Shown: piece by piece, positions 14,524-25,710 of the stretch
Layout of the letters: every line of letters begins with the position of its first letter
Position numbering within the stretch: position 1 is the first letter of the stretch
Assembly: GCA_030610085.1 (NCBI GenBank)
Contig: JAUWSL010000003.1
Coordinates: forward strand, 1 to 42,444
Direction of reading: 5' to 3'
Length of the DNA stretch: 42,444 bases
From: Candidatus Aegiribacteria sp.
GTDB lineage: Bacteria > Fermentibacterota > Fermentibacteria > Fermentibacterales > JCC-6
The notes under the pieces: model-generated
Told to the model about the DNA's origin: nothing
Databases searched by the model: none
What the model saw: only the letters and a program-made list of their open reading frames with translations
Position numbers and translations under genes: made by a program

Positions 14524-17250
14524 ATGCCATCAGTAGATAATACTGACAGAAAAACAGACATCACTGCGAATCCAAAGGATAAGCGTGACCTCAGCGGACC
14601 GACCCTCAGTACAATTCTTAGGCTTAGCGAAGAGATTGTGCTTGTGCTGGATAAGAACGGCATAGTGATCGAAGCAAGCAAACGGGTTGAAGAGTTATTG
14701 GAGATGCCCAGGGAAGATATAATCGGTAAGCTGTCCTGGACTGACTATATCTCCGAAGAAGATATAAAGCGTGCCACCGGCTATTTCGTTGACAGAATGA
14801 AGGGAACGGGTAACCCGCCTTCCACTTATACTCTCGGTGTGACGCTTCCCGGGCAGGAATCCCGACTGATGCGTGTGAATGTGGATTTCATTCCCGGATC
14901 CGGGAACAGGGTTGTCATAATGAAGAATCTGTCTGACATTGTCTTTGAGCAGGAGAAAGCATCTGAGAACAAAGTAAGATACCGCGCAGTAGTAGAAAAT
15001 ACGCAGGACGGGATACTTATATGTACAAAAGATAGAATTCTCTTCGCTAACAACAGTTTCTCCAGGATGACAGGTCTATCAAAAGAGGAACTCTTCACCC
15101 TCTCTCCTGTGGATTTCTTCCCGAAAACTGACTTGAAGAAAATAGAATCCCTGTTTCTTGAATCCGGGAACTGTAAACAGGAAGCAACGGGTTTTGAAAT
15201 CAGAATAAAACTGAAGAAAGGATTCCTGCACGCTGAACTCTTCTCAATACCCATGGCTTACCAGGATAAAGAGGCGGTTTTCATTTCATTAAGGGACCTG
15301 ACACAATGGAAAGATACCGAGAAGAAACTCAATGAAAGCCACAAGCTCATGAAAGCTGTAGTAGATAACTCTCCGCTGGGCATCTCTGTGCATGACAGGA
15401 ACGGTACCCTGCTCATGGCTAACGCTTCATGGCGCGCCATCTGGAACAAGAGTATTGAAGAAATGAAGGAGAATATGGTGCCGCGCACCGAACTGCGCAT
15501 GGATAAGAAGGATTCCTACCTTGGTGAATACATCGATGAAGTTGAGGCGGTCTACAGAAAAGGTGGTGAGCTGTACATTCCAAAGCTGGAAATTTCCAAT
15601 CCTTCCCATAGAGGGGCTGATTTCATCTCCCATCACTTCTACGCCCTCAAGGATGATAATGGTGAAGTGGACAAGGTGGTTATCCTCACGCTTGATCTTA
15701 CGGAATCGATGAAGACTCTGGGTGAATTGATGGAAACCAGGATTCAATACAAAGAATTGACAGGAAATATACCCGTAGCTGTATACAGAACCACACTTGG
15801 GTTTGGAGGTAAAATAGTATTCTCCAATCCTGAAATGAACAGGATGTTCTTTGGAGAAGAAACCGGCAACTTTGATGGTGTTTCGGTCAAAGACCTCTAC
15901 GCAGATCCATCCGGAAGAAAAGAATTTATAGACAGTCTTAAGGAAAATAATGAAGTCCGAGGTTTTGAAGCTGAGCTGAAAAGAACGAACGGATCAACTT
16001 TCCTTGCATCCATTACTGGACGAAAAGTAACATCGTTTGATGGGAAAGAAGAATACATCGAGGGGATAATAAGGGATATTACAGATCAGCGCCGCATAGA
16101 GGAAGAGCTTCAGAGGATGGATCATCTGGAATCCATAGGAACTCTTGCCGGCGGTATTGCGCATGATTTCAACAATCTGCTCATGGCAATACAGGGGAAC
16201 ATTTCCCTGGCGCTGAATGAGGAGGATCTATCCAAACTCACCATGCGTCTTGGGGAGGCGGAAGCTTCAATTGAAGGAGCTTCGATCCTTACACGACAAC
16301 TTCTGACATTTGCAAGGGGAGGGGTTCCCCTGAAGATATCACTTGACGTTGCGTCATTGATACGGGAATCTGTTCTCTTTTCGCTCAGGGGTTCCGGTGT
16401 TGGAGTAGTATTCGACTTTGAGGATGGTCTGACAAATATAGAAGCCGACAGGGAACAGATAGCTCAGGTTATCCATAATATGATGCTGAACTCCGTTCAG
16501 GCCATGATCGACGGCGGAAGGATTACCGTGAGCTGCAGTAATGCTGAGCTGACAGTTGATTCGGATACCAATCTGGAGACGGGGGAATATGTAAAGATTT
16601 CTATAAAGGATACCGGGATAGGGATCCCGCCCGATGAGCTGAAAAAGATATTCAACCCGTATTTTACAACAAAGCCCGATGGATCAGGCCTGGGGCTTTC
16701 CACAAGTTATTCAATAGTATCAAGACATTCCGGAACCATAAATGCCTACTCTGAAGAGGGCAGAGGAACCGAGTTCGTGATATATCTTCCCACCACCGAC
16801 AGAGAGGGGAAGATAACTGTTCCCGAAGACATATCCGAAAGTGTGGACGTCTCTGTAAAGGCAAGTATACTTATTATGGATGATAACCCCCGTGTAAGGG
16901 ATGTTCTTGCGGGGATGCTGGACGTTCTCGGGCACGATGTCACCGAGTCCGCCGATGGAGCCGAAGCCATTGAGCTGTACCAGGAGAGATTCTCATCCGG
17001 AGAACCCTTCGATGCCGTGATCATGGATCTTACCATTCCCGGAGGCATGGGGGGGGAAGTGGCTATTGAGAAGCTCCAGAAGATAGATCCTGACGTAAGG
17101 GCTATCGTTTCCAGCGGTTATGCCAGTAATACGGTACTGTCCAACTACACCGATCACGGATTCAGTGGAAGACTCCTCAAACCATTCAGGATCTCAACTC
17201 TCAAAAAAGAACTCAATACGGTTCTGACCCGGGATAGAAGAACCCGTTAA
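14524..17250 (+). CDS. cytoplasmic multi-PAS hybrid histidine kinase/response regulator
   Basis: Several PAS-like repeats; H-box GGIAHDFNNLL; DTGIGI, PYFTTK, GSGLGL; receiver ILIMDD...MDLTIPG...K; start at 14524 (RBS) or 14500. Confidence 0.93.
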   Translation: MPSVDNTDRKTDITANPKDKRDLSGPTLSTILRLSEEIVLVLDKNGIVIEASKRVEELLEMPREDIIGKLSWTDYISEEDIKRATGYFVDRMKGTGNPPSTYTLGVTLPGQESRLMRVNVDFIPGSGNRVVIMKNLSDIVFEQEKASENKVRYRAVVENTQDGILICTKDRILFANNSFSRMTGLSKEELFTLSPVDFFPKTDLKKIESLFLESGNCKQEATGFEIRIKLKKGFLHAELFSIPMAYQDKEAVFISLRDLTQWKDTEKKLNESHKLMKAVVDNSPLGISVHDRNGTLLMANASWRAIWNKSIEEMKENMVPRTELRMDKKDSYLGEYIDEVEAVYRKGGELYIPKLEISNPSHRGADFISHHFYALKDDNGEVDKVVILTLDLTESMKTLGELMETRIQYKELTGNIPVAVYRTTLGFGGKIVFSNPEMNRMFFGEETGNFDGVSVKDLYADPSGRKEFIDSLKENNEVRGFEAELKRTNGSTFLASITGRKVTSFDGKEEYIEGIIRDITDQRRIEEELQRMDHLESIGTLAGGIAHDFNNLLMAIQGNISLALNEEDLSKLTMRLGEAEASIEGASILTRQLLTFARGGVPLKISLDVASLIRESVLFSLRGSGVGVVFDFEDGLTNIEADREQIAQVIHNMMLNSVQAMIDGGRITVSCSNAELTVDSDTNLETGEYVKISIKDTGIGIPPDELKKIFNPYFTTKPDGSGLGLSTSYSIVSRHSGTINAYSEEGRGTEFVIYLPTTDREGKITVPEDISESVDVSVKASILIMDDNPRVRDVLAGMLDVLGHDVTESADGAEAIELYQERFSSGEPFDAVIMDLTIPGGMGGEVAIEKLQKIDPDVRAIVSSGYASNTVLSNYTDHGFSGRLLKPFRISTLKKELNTVLTRDRRTR

Positions 17251-17279
17251 CCGGAAACCTTCTTTTGGAGAAATGCAGG

Positions 17280-18626
17280 ATGAAGGCGTTCAAGGCGTAC
17301 GATATCAGAGGAGTATACGGCAGGGACTTTGATGGAGAAACCGTCTACAGGATAGGCTTCTTCCTTCCAGAACTCCTTGAAACGAATAAGATTCTTGTGG
17401 GTTATGACTGCAGGGTATCCACCCCGGATGTTTACAGTCACCTTGTTCAGGGTATCACCGATGCCGGAGCGGATGTTTACGACATCGGTTACGCAACAAC
17501 GCCAATGGTCTACTTCGCTACAGCAACACACGGATTTCAGGCGTCTGTACAAATCACTGCATCCCATAATCCGGCTGAATACAACGGCCTGAAAATATCC
17601 CGCTCGAAAGCCCTTCCTGTAGGATACGACACCGGTTTGAGAGAACTTGAGAGAATGGTTGAAAAAAACGGTGTGCATCCTGCTGTGCTCAAGGGAGAAA
17701 CTAAAGAGCTTTCATCTATCAAGGAGGAATACATCACTTTTCTTGATAAATTCAGAGGGGATTACTCAAATCTGAATTTCGGGATCGACTGTTCCAACGG
17801 AATGGCTTCCCTGCTTGTCAGGGATGTCTTCGGTGATGAACCGGAGTACCTTTACAGCAGGATGGACGGTTCCTTCCCCAACCATTCGCCCAACCCGCTT
17901 GATGAAAGAAATACAGCCGATCTGAAAAGACTCGTCATGGATGCGGGGCTCGATGCCGGTGTGATTTTCGACGGCGATGGAGACAGGGTGATGTTCATCG
18001 ATGAAAGGGGAAGATTCGTGCGGCCCGACCTGATCACAGGAGTTCTCGGGATCAGCTTCCTTAAAGAGGAAACTGGCAGAGTACTGCACGATATAAGGAC
18101 CTCAAGGGGAGTCATCGAATTCATAGAGAAGCTGGGAGGCAGGCCTTTCATGTGGAAGGTGGGACATTCCCATGCGAAGCTGAAAATGCGTGAGTTGAAT
18201 GCAATTTACGGCGGAGAACTGGCCGGGCATTACTATTTCAGAGATTTCTACAACTGCGATTCAGGGATGCTGGCCGCGATTCTCGTTTTGAATATTCTTT
18301 CGGAAATCAAAAAGAAGGGCAGCATGTTCTCCCGGCTTATCGATTCCATTAATGCATACTCAAATTCGGGTGAGATCAACTTCCGGATAGATGATAAGAA
18401 ATCTGTAATGAACAGTATAAAAGATTACTTCACCGGATTGGAAAACCCCGTTGCTTTCTATGATTTCGACGGATACAGGATAGAATTCCCGCAATGGTGG
18501 TTCAATATCCGCCCTTCGAATACAGAACCTTATCTGAGACTTGTTGCCGAAGCCGAAACTCAGGAACTTCTGGAAGAAAAACTTGAGAAGATAAGAGAAC
18601 TAGCCGGGGGAAACGAACAGACGTAA
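17280..18626 (+). CDS. phosphomannomutase/phosphoglucomutase
   Basis: FKAYDIRG, TASHNP, FDGDGDR, GELAGH, RPSNTEP. Confidence 0.95.
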   Translation: MKAFKAYDIRGVYGRDFDGETVYRIGFFLPELLETNKILVGYDCRVSTPDVYSHLVQGITDAGADVYDIGYATTPMVYFATATHGFQASVQITASHNPAEYNGLKISRSKALPVGYDTGLRELERMVEKNGVHPAVLKGETKELSSIKEEYITFLDKFRGDYSNLNFGIDCSNGMASLLVRDVFGDEPEYLYSRMDGSFPNHSPNPLDERNTADLKRLVMDAGLDAGVIFDGDGDRVMFIDERGRFVRPDLITGVLGISFLKEETGRVLHDIRTSRGVIEFIEKLGGRPFMWKVGHSHAKLKMRELNAIYGGELAGHYYFRDFYNCDSGMLAAILVLNILSEIKKKGSMFSRLIDSINAYSNSGEINFRIDDKKSVMNSIKDYFTGLENPVAFYDFDGYRIEFPQWWFNIRPSNTEPYLRLVAEAETQELLEEKLEKIRELAGGNEQT

Positions 18627-18634
18627 CCCCCGGC
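18603..18634 (-). terminator. hairpin between convergent genes, probable terminator
   Basis: GCCGGGGG (18603-18610) / CCCCCGGC (18627-18634); only a weak T-tract follows. Confidence 0.45.
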
Positions 18635-18644
18635 AATTCTATCT

Positions 18645-20261
18645 CTATCGGACGAGAATCACTTTCCTTGATACCGTTGAATCACGAGACCATATCCTCA
18701 CGAAGTAGACTCCCGCAGTCACACTGTTTCCATTGTTGTCCATTCCCGCCCAGGACACGGTATGAACTCCGGCTGCGAATGTTTCCGATGTGATCGATTG
18801 TATCTGCCTTCCGGAAAGATCGTAAACGGAAATATTCACCTCTCCTGCTTCTGCAAGAGTAAAGGGAACTGTAACCATAGAAGAGAAGGGGTTAGGATAA
18901 ACAGGGCCCACTGATAGAGGCTGCATTGCTGTCTCATTCCCCCCGGAAATTGAAGTTCCTGGTGGATTGGTCAGCGCTTTTACGCAGAAATTGCCAGTCG
19001 TGCATATAGTTGTAAAATCGACCCAGGATGAACCGTCAAGGAAATAGCTCTGCCCCGGGTCGGCGCTTGATTCTACGATGGTTCTGGATGAAGCGCCTAG
19101 AAGAACCGGCACATCTGATGTGCAGTCAAAGGGTTGCCCTCCCTCATCCAGCTGAAGGTAGACATGGAAATCGTCTCCTTCGCTGAGCGGTACGGGGCTG
19201 GGAAGATTAACAGTGTGAAATCCCGTACAAAGAGCCGTTCCGGTAACGGATGCAAGCTCATCGGAAAGCTGTCCGCCGGAGAAAGTTCCGTAGACCTTTA
19301 CTGTATAATCGACTCCGTCCTCAACCGTGAAGAAGCTCAGAGCCTGCAGATCTTCATCCTGTTCAGATGTAAATGTATTGAATACTTCCATTGCGGTAGT
19401 AAGAGTATCACGCCAGCCGTGATAATCGTGGTAGTAAATGTTATCGTATTGCTGGAACTCAACATCACGAAGGGATACGGCTCCCATGGTCGGGTTCTGG
19501 CAGGAATGCTTGTCGTAATAGGAGATCCAGAAGTAACCGTTTATTCCCCAACTCGCTCCCCAGCTGTTCTTGCAGATCCAGGCACCCGGTTGGGGAGCCT
19601 GTGTCACTCTTGAATCGTCCCAGCCTACTATTGAGATCGCATGGTTCGGATCCACTGAACTCGATGGCGGCTGATAGTGTTCGTACTGACTGTTCATGAA
19701 TGAGCTGCTGTAGCACATGCAGGTCCCCATTACGCCGTAATCCATTATGGCCTGCTTGATGACATCGATATTCTCCAGGTTGGCTCCGGCCATGTACCAG
19801 ATTATCTCCCTGGGGTAGTAATAGTGGTACGATTCAAGGTATCTATCCGGAGCGGTTGTATAGGACTGCCCGTCAATATTCCGTACAGCGCCCTCTCCCC
19901 GCGTAAGGTATGCTGAGGTTACGAGGTAATCTCCACCCTGGTGTACTTCAAGCCCGCCTCCTGTAGGAGGGTCTGTGTCATCGTTGTTGAACTGGTTGAA
20001 GCCGTTCCACCAGTCGAGGTGGTATTCGGCCAGATCCGGCTCTCCGATTTCACCCTGAGCCGCCCATTCTCCAGTCATGAGCAGGTTGCCCTCGATCGAA
20101 GACATCGCCCCGAAAGTCCAGCAGGTTCCGCCCTGCTGGCTTTTGACAGAAGTTACGTAGTTCACTCCCCCAACGTCACGAAGATCGTAAGTTGATGGCG
20201 GGTCAGCCAATACGATTGCAACTGTGAATAAAATAGTAATCGTAAGCAGGAACTTTCTCAT
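18645..20261 (-). CDS. secreted papain-family (C1) cysteine peptidase with lectin-like domain and T9SS/FlgD-like C-terminal domain
   Basis: Signal peptide; QQGGTCWTF (Cys), NHAISIVGW (His), WICKNSWG (Asn); C-terminal YPNPF...VYDLSGRQI...AGVYFVRI. Confidence 0.93.
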   Translation of the reverse strand: MRKFLLTITILFTVAIVLADPPSTYDLRDVGGVNYVTSVKSQQGGTCWTFGAMSSIEGNLLMTGEWAAQGEIGEPDLAEYHLDWWNGFNQFNNDDTDPPTGGGLEVHQGGDYLVTSAYLTRGEGAVRNIDGQSYTTAPDRYLESYHYYYPREIIWYMAGANLENIDVIKQAIMDYGVMGTCMCYSSSFMNSQYEHYQPPSSSVDPNHAISIVGWDDSRVTQAPQPGAWICKNSWGASWGINGYFWISYYDKHSCQNPTMGAVSLRDVEFQQYDNIYYHDYHGWRDTLTTAMEVFNTFTSEQDEDLQALSFFTVEDGVDYTVKVYGTFSGGQLSDELASVTGTALCTGFHTVNLPSPVPLSEGDDFHVYLQLDEGGQPFDCTSDVPVLLGASSRTIVESSADPGQSYFLDGSSWVDFTTICTTGNFCVKALTNPPGTSISGGNETAMQPLSVGPVYPNPFSSMVTVPFTLAEAGEVNISVYDLSGRQIQSITSETFAAGVHTVSWAGMDNNGNSVTAGVYFVRIWSRDSTVSRKVILVR

Positions 20262-20482
20262 AATAACCTCCAGTGGGAATAGTATTGTTTAACTGCTTCG
20301 TCAGAATAAACATAAGAATAGGAAATCGTTCCACTGACAATGTTTTCATTGCAGCTTAAGGTCAAGGAGCATAATATGATGATTCTGTCATGTATTTGGG
20401 CTTATTCATTATATTATTCTTATATTCCATGTTGTGAAAACGAATAGAAATTTCCATTCTGGATTTTTTGAAGGGAGTAATG

Positions 20483-21847
20483 ATGCTTGACAGACTCAGG
20501 TCAATGATAAGCGGTGTTGAAGTCGATTTCATCGATATACGGTACGAGATCAAGACGGAGACCGGGATAGGTTTTGCCGGCAGGGAAATTAAAAGCGTCG
20601 GTTCGAACAGAACTGATGGATATGTTATCCGCGTTGGTAAGAAGGGCGGTTTTTCCTCGGCAACAGTAACAAAAGAGGAAGATGTTCCGCGTGCGATACA
20701 GCTTGCTGTTGAGGGGGCGGAAACCATAATCTCAACCGGGGGAAAAAGGTCTGCCCTGGCTGATGTGCCTGTTGTAAGGAAGACAGTCGAGCTCGTTCTG
20801 GAAGGAGACCCCAGAAAGATCAGTATCGATGATAAGATAGAACTTACCAGAAAGTACAACGATCTCATGCTGGAACAGCCCCAGATAGAGACCACTAACC
20901 TTGGCTATGCTGAAGTAGGCAGAGAAAAACATTATGTAAACTCGGAGGGAACTGCCGTTTCTGAAGAGATACTGACAACGAATATTTCCGGAGAAGTAAT
21001 AGCCAAGCGCGGCAGCCTCGTTCAAAACATCCGTGTATCCATCGGAGGAGCCGACGGGTACAACAAGCTGCTGAACAGGGAAGATGTCTTCCTGAAAAGG
21101 GCGCAGATCGCCGGGCAGCTCCTGGACGCGGACCCTGTGAAAGGCGGCACCTATAATGTAATACTCAGCCCTATGTTAGCCGGAGTTTTCACCCACGAAG
21201 CCTTCGGTCATTTCAGCGAGGCTGATATAATAGAGGACAATCCCTCCCTCAGAGAAAAAATGTCATTGGGTGAGAAGCTTGGTTCCGATGAAATAACAAT
21301 CGTAGCTGACTCCACAATGAACAACCAGATAGGCTATTACGTATACGATGACGAGGGTGTAGCTGTAAAACCTGTCACCCTTATGGACAGAGGGGTTCTG
21401 ACAGGAAGGCTCCATTCCCGAAGAACCGCCAGCGCTTTCGGAGAGCCGGTAAGCGGCCATACCGTTGCTGAGGATATGCGTTTCGAACCCATTGTCAGGA
21501 TGGGAACCATATACATTAAACCCGGCGAACGGAGTCTGGATGATCTTATTGCAGAACTGGGAGACGGGCTTTACCTCATAGACGGCAAGGGCGGCCAGAC
21601 AAGTGGAGAGAACTTCACTTTCGGCGCACAGTACGGATTCAAGGTCAAAGATGGCAGATTGGGTCCCATGATCCGTGACATCAACATAATGGGCAACCTT
21701 TTCTCGACCCTTCAGAACATAGAAGCGATAGGGAACGACATGGAACTCTCGGAGCGGGGCGGCTGCGGAAAGGGACAGCTCAATATCAAGTCCGCCCTGG
21801 GGGCACCCCATATTCTTGTCCGCAACATGGTAGTTGGAGGTGCTTAA
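20483..21847 (+). CDS. tldD: TldD metalloprotease
   Basis: HEAFGH metal motif, YDDEG, RMGTIYI, GGCGKGQ. Confidence 0.92.
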   Translation: MLDRLRSMISGVEVDFIDIRYEIKTETGIGFAGREIKSVGSNRTDGYVIRVGKKGGFSSATVTKEEDVPRAIQLAVEGAETIISTGGKRSALADVPVVRKTVELVLEGDPRKISIDDKIELTRKYNDLMLEQPQIETTNLGYAEVGREKHYVNSEGTAVSEEILTTNISGEVIAKRGSLVQNIRVSIGGADGYNKLLNREDVFLKRAQIAGQLLDADPVKGGTYNVILSPMLAGVFTHEAFGHFSEADIIEDNPSLREKMSLGEKLGSDEITIVADSTMNNQIGYYVYDDEGVAVKPVTLMDRGVLTGRLHSRRTASAFGEPVSGHTVAEDMRFEPIVRMGTIYIKPGERSLDDLIAELGDGLYLIDGKGGQTSGENFTFGAQYGFKVKDGRLGPMIRDINIMGNLFSTLQNIEAIGNDMELSERGGCGKGQLNIKSALGAPHILVRNMVVGGA

Positions 21848-21848
21848 T

Positions 21849-23159
21849 ATGAAAAAACTTCTGGATATAGCAGCGAAAGTATCCGATCAGGCGGAGGTTT
21901 TCTCGATCAGGAGCGATGACAGTTCCCTTGAGATGAGGAACGGGAAACCTACGGACGTGTCAGCGTCCATTCAATCGGGCTACGCCCTTAGAATCCTCAG
22001 GAACGGCAGAATTGGAACGGCTTATACAAAGAACCTCCTTGACAGGGAAGAGCTGGTGTCGAACGCTATGGATTCTCTGAAGGGAAAAGTTGAAGCCGGC
22101 TTCTCCTTCCCCGAGCCATCGGATTTGCCGGCATCATGGCTGCCGGACGAATCAGTTTCCGGAATGGGTTTCCACGACCTCCATTCCCGTTCCAGAAAAG
22201 CGCTTGATTATCTGAAACGAAAAGTTGAAGGACAGATTGACGTGTACTCCGGCAGGGAAGTCCAGGACACGGCTATCATGAATACCAGCGGCCTTGATGT
22301 CTCAAGAAAGAGCGCTTTCATGTATGTTTACACCTCCCTGCCGTTTCCCAACACTGAGACAGGTGTCCATAAATTCTACCAGAGCAGAAAACCCGGGGAT
22401 TTTCCCGAAAGCGAACTGGATAAACTTGTAGATTTGTACACCGCAGGCCTTCCCGAGGTGGACATACCGACCGGCAGAATGAAGGTAGTTTTCACACCTG
22501 ATACAATGTACACCATTCTGTGGAGGCTTTCTGTGGCGACAACGGGTAAATCCTTCTACAACAAAGTGTCACCTCTTCAGGGAAAGCGGGGTGAGAGGAT
22601 TCTCTCTGAGAAATTCACCCTTTACGGAGATCCCACAGATACTGAAGAGATCGATCAGCGTTTCTTCGACGACGAAGGGGTTCCTACGAAGAAGCATACG
22701 ATTTTCGAAGAAGGTGTCTTCAAAAACCTTATCCTTAACCTCGATTATGCCGATAAGCTCAGTGAAGAACCCACGGGGACAGGATATCGCGGAGGGATGT
22801 GGGGAGGGGAGACCGTATCGCTGGCTCCCGGCCCTTCACTTAACTGCAGCCGTGTCGCTCCGGGAAACGTTTCCTTTGAGGATATGATAAAAGGTATCGA
22901 CAGAGGGGTGCTGGTGTTTGGGGTTCTCGGCGCTCACTCCGGCAATATTCTCAATGGTGATTTTTCCGTGGGGCTGAATCCGGGGTTCTACGTTGAGAAC
23001 GGCGTGATAAAGGGAAGAGTCAAAGACGGGATGGTAGCGGGTAACGTTTATGATGTTCTGAAGAATATCGTATCCATAGAGAACCGCCTCCACGATTCTA
23101 CCTCGGGTGGCAAGTACCCGTCAATTCTGCTTGATGATGTCAGTGTAGCGGCGAAGTAA
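21849..23159 (+). CDS. pmbA: TldE/PmbA protein
   Basis: Follows tldD; FDDEGVP, HSGNILNGDFS; lacks the HExxxH motif. Confidence 0.88.
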   Translation: MKKLLDIAAKVSDQAEVFSIRSDDSSLEMRNGKPTDVSASIQSGYALRILRNGRIGTAYTKNLLDREELVSNAMDSLKGKVEAGFSFPEPSDLPASWLPDESVSGMGFHDLHSRSRKALDYLKRKVEGQIDVYSGREVQDTAIMNTSGLDVSRKSAFMYVYTSLPFPNTETGVHKFYQSRKPGDFPESELDKLVDLYTAGLPEVDIPTGRMKVVFTPDTMYTILWRLSVATTGKSFYNKVSPLQGKRGERILSEKFTLYGDPTDTEEIDQRFFDDEGVPTKKHTIFEEGVFKNLILNLDYADKLSEEPTGTGYRGGMWGGETVSLAPGPSLNCSRVAPGNVSFEDMIKGIDRGVLVFGVLGAHSGNILNGDFSVGLNPGFYVENGVIKGRVKDGMVAGNVYDVLKNIVSIENRLHDSTSGGKYPSILLDDVSVAAK

Positions 23160-23185
23160 ACACCGCATTTCTCCGTTCGAACATC

Positions 23186-23211
23186 GGGCAGGCTTCGGCC
23201 TGCCTTTTTTC
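23186..23211 (+). terminator. Rho-independent terminator
   Basis: GGCAGGC-TTCG-GCCTGCC followed by TTTTTT. Confidence 0.9.
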
Positions 23212-23379
23212 TTACTTTGAATACTCCGAAATGAAACTTCCGAATCTCTTCCTCTGGTTTCTGCAGACACTTCTCTTTTTCAGAATTCCATACAGGGGGC
23301 TGAAAAGGGACATGCCCGGAAGGATTTCATCGAACAAAATAACAAGCTATATTCGGGAAACTGACGAAGGGGGGTTCGC

Positions 23380-23955
23380 TTGAAGTTTCACGAGCTTGCA
23401 GAAGAAAACAGGTCAGTAAGAAGATTTCGGGAGACCGAAAGGATTACCGGGCAACAGCTGTTGACATTTATCGACGCATCCCGCCTTGCTCCCTGCGGGG
23501 CGAATCTCCAGCTTCTTCGCTTCACGCCGGTTACATCAGGAGAAAACTGCGCACGTATTTTCCCCGCACTCAGGTGGGCAGGTTACCTGGATGACTGGAA
23601 TGGCCCCGTAGAGGGGGAAAGACCCTCAGCCTACATTATCATTCACGCACCTGTCGGGGAGAGAGGTCATATTCCCGTGGATGTCGGTATTGCCGCCGCG
23701 TACATTGTACTTGCCGCAAGGGAATCCGGTTACGGTTCATGCATGATAATGAGTTTTGACGTTAACATGATCACTGAAGCTGCAGGCACTAAGGAGGGGT
23801 ATCACCCCTTTCTGGTGATCGCCCTTGGCAAGCCCGGAGAAGAAACGGTGCTTGAGGAGGCTGATGGAGACATCAGGTATTACAGAGACGCTAAGGACAG
23901 GCATCACGTTCCAAAGCTTGCTCTCCGGGAAATAATAGTGCCGGTAAAGGATTAA
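23380..23955 (+). CDS. nitroreductase-family protein
   Basis: NRSVRRF, APCGANLQ, DVGIAA, IALGKP, HHVPK. Confidence 0.9.
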   Translation: MKFHELAEENRSVRRFRETERITGQQLLTFIDASRLAPCGANLQLLRFTPVTSGENCARIFPALRWAGYLDDWNGPVEGERPSAYIIIHAPVGERGHIPVDVGIAAAYIVLAARESGYGSCMIMSFDVNMITEAAGTKEGYHPFLVIALGKPGEETVLEEADGDIRYYRDAKDRHHVPKLALREIIVPVKD

Positions 23956-23966
23956 CGGAGGAAGAT

Positions 23967-25220
23967 ATGTTCAACCCTGAAGTCTATACTCGCCGCAGGA
24001 AAAGACTGATAGCAACAATGCCGGAGGAATTTCTGATCATCGTTCCTCCATCAACCTCGAAGGCTACCAGTGCTGACGGTAGCTATCCATACACTCCAAA
24101 CCTGAACCTTATTTACCTTACTGGAATTGATCAGCCGGGGACATGGCTTGTCATCCATCGCCGAAAGAGCATGGATATCCGTGAAGACCTTTTTATCGAT
24201 GCCTACGATGAAACCCATGCCAAATGGATCGGGACCGTACTTACGAAGGAGGAAGCTGCCGAAAGGACCGGTATAGAGAAGATCTCATTCAACAGCGCGG
24301 TGGAGAAATGGATAGACAGGATAATAATTCGCTGGGGGATCGATAACGTATGGGTTGATTTCCCGGTCGCAGGCATTACTGGAGACGGCGGCAGGCGCCT
24401 CGAATTTACCAACCGGCTGATATCCTCGTACCCTCACCTGAAATTCAGGAGACTTTCGGAAGATGTTTTCCGTCTTCGGATGATCAAGGAACCCGAGGAA
24501 CTGGAAATAATGAAAGAAGCGATCGATATAACACGCAGGGGTTTTCTGCATGCACTGAAGTCTCTTAAACCGGGAATGATCGAGTACGAGTTCGAGATGG
24601 AACTTCTTTACGAATTCAGGAAGAGCGGTGAGAAGGGACCTGCTTTCCCCGCTATTGTTGCAGGCGGAAGCAGGGCCACCTGCCTTCATTACGCTGAAAA
24701 TGACAAACCGCTTGAGGACGGGACTCTGCTTCTTCTTGATTTCGGCGCAAAGAAGGAGTACTACAACGCCGATATCACAAGAACCTTCCCGGTGAACGGC
24801 AGGTATACAGAAAGGCAGAGGGAACTCGTTGAAATGGTTATCGAGGTTCAGGAGGAGGCGATCCGACTGCTCAGACCAGGAAAACTCCATTCCGAATGGA
24901 ATAGCGAAGTGAAGAAATTCTATGCGGGAGTCCTTCTGAAAAAGGGTATGATAGAGAATGAGGAGGATATCGAGAAATACTACTATCACAATATCGGTCA
25001 CCATTTAGGTCTGGATACACATGATGAGAACGTAATAAGTGATGAGCTGAAGGCAGGCATGGTACTTACGGTAGAGCCCGGCTTCTACTCGGACGAGGAG
25101 GGAGTCGGGATAAGGATAGAGGACGATGTTCTCATAGGAAAGAAAGAGAATATCGTTCTTTCATCGGAAATTCCGAAGTATCCGGACGAGATAGAGGCTG
25201 TATTGGCTGCAGGGGAATAG
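23967..25220 (+). CDS. pepP: Xaa-Pro aminopeptidase (M24B)
   Basis: LRMIKEPEE, LLDFGA, DITRTFP, HNIGHHLGLDTHD, TVEPG, GIRIEDD. Confidence 0.92.
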   Translation: MFNPEVYTRRRKRLIATMPEEFLIIVPPSTSKATSADGSYPYTPNLNLIYLTGIDQPGTWLVIHRRKSMDIREDLFIDAYDETHAKWIGTVLTKEEAAERTGIEKISFNSAVEKWIDRIIIRWGIDNVWVDFPVAGITGDGGRRLEFTNRLISSYPHLKFRRLSEDVFRLRMIKEPEELEIMKEAIDITRRGFLHALKSLKPGMIEYEFEMELLYEFRKSGEKGPAFPAIVAGGSRATCLHYAENDKPLEDGTLLLLDFGAKKEYYNADITRTFPVNGRYTERQRELVEMVIEVQEEAIRLLRPGKLHSEWNSEVKKFYAGVLLKKGMIENEEDIEKYYYHNIGHHLGLDTHDENVISDELKAGMVLTVEPGFYSDEEGVGIRIEDDVLIGKKENIVLSSEIPKYPDEIEAVLAAGE

Positions 25221-25242
25221 CATAGGATTTTCTGAGATAGAC

Positions 25243-25710
25243 GTGCACTGGATGAGGGTTGCTCTTGAGAAGGCCGAAGAGGCCTTCGGGGCGGGAGAAG
25301 TACCCGTTGGAGCCGTTCTTGTGGAATCGTCAGGCAGGTATTTTGCCGACCGCAACAGAACAGCTGAAACGGGATTACAGACCTCCCATGCTGAGCATCT
25401 TGTGATAACCGCAGCGGCAAAGAGCAGGGGAGACTGGAGGCTTGAGGGCTGCACCCTCTATTCCACCTTAGAACCATGCGTTATGTGCGCCGGCCTCGCG
25501 CTGCTGTCCAGGATACCAAGGATAGTATACGGAGCCCCGGATAATCGCTTTGGCGCATTCGGGTCGGTCACTGATATTCTCAAGATGTCCGGTCTCAATC
25601 ATTATCCGGAAGTTCTCGGAGGATGCCATAAGGAAGAATCCGCAAAACTTCTGAAGAAATTTTTCCGCCTTGGCAGGAAAAGAAAACAGAAGAAGGAGGA
25701 AAAAAGATGA
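25243..25710 (+). CDS. tadA: tRNA adenosine deaminase
   Basis: GEVPVGAV, HAE, TLEPCVMC, LNHYP; exact start uncertain. Confidence 0.85.
   Translation: MHWMRVALEKAEEAFGAGEVPVGAVLVESSGRYFADRNRTAETGLQTSHAEHLVITAAAKSRGDWRLEGCTLYSTLEPCVMCAGLALLSRIPRIVYGAPDNRFGAFGSVTDILKMSGLNHYPEVLGGCHKEESAKLLKKFFRLGRKRKQKKEEKR

Noticed and set aside
20483-23955. RiPP cluster (TldD/E plus nitroreductase-like oxidase)
   Set aside because: No YcaO, precursor peptide or exporter; a strong terminator separates pmbA from the nitroreductase.
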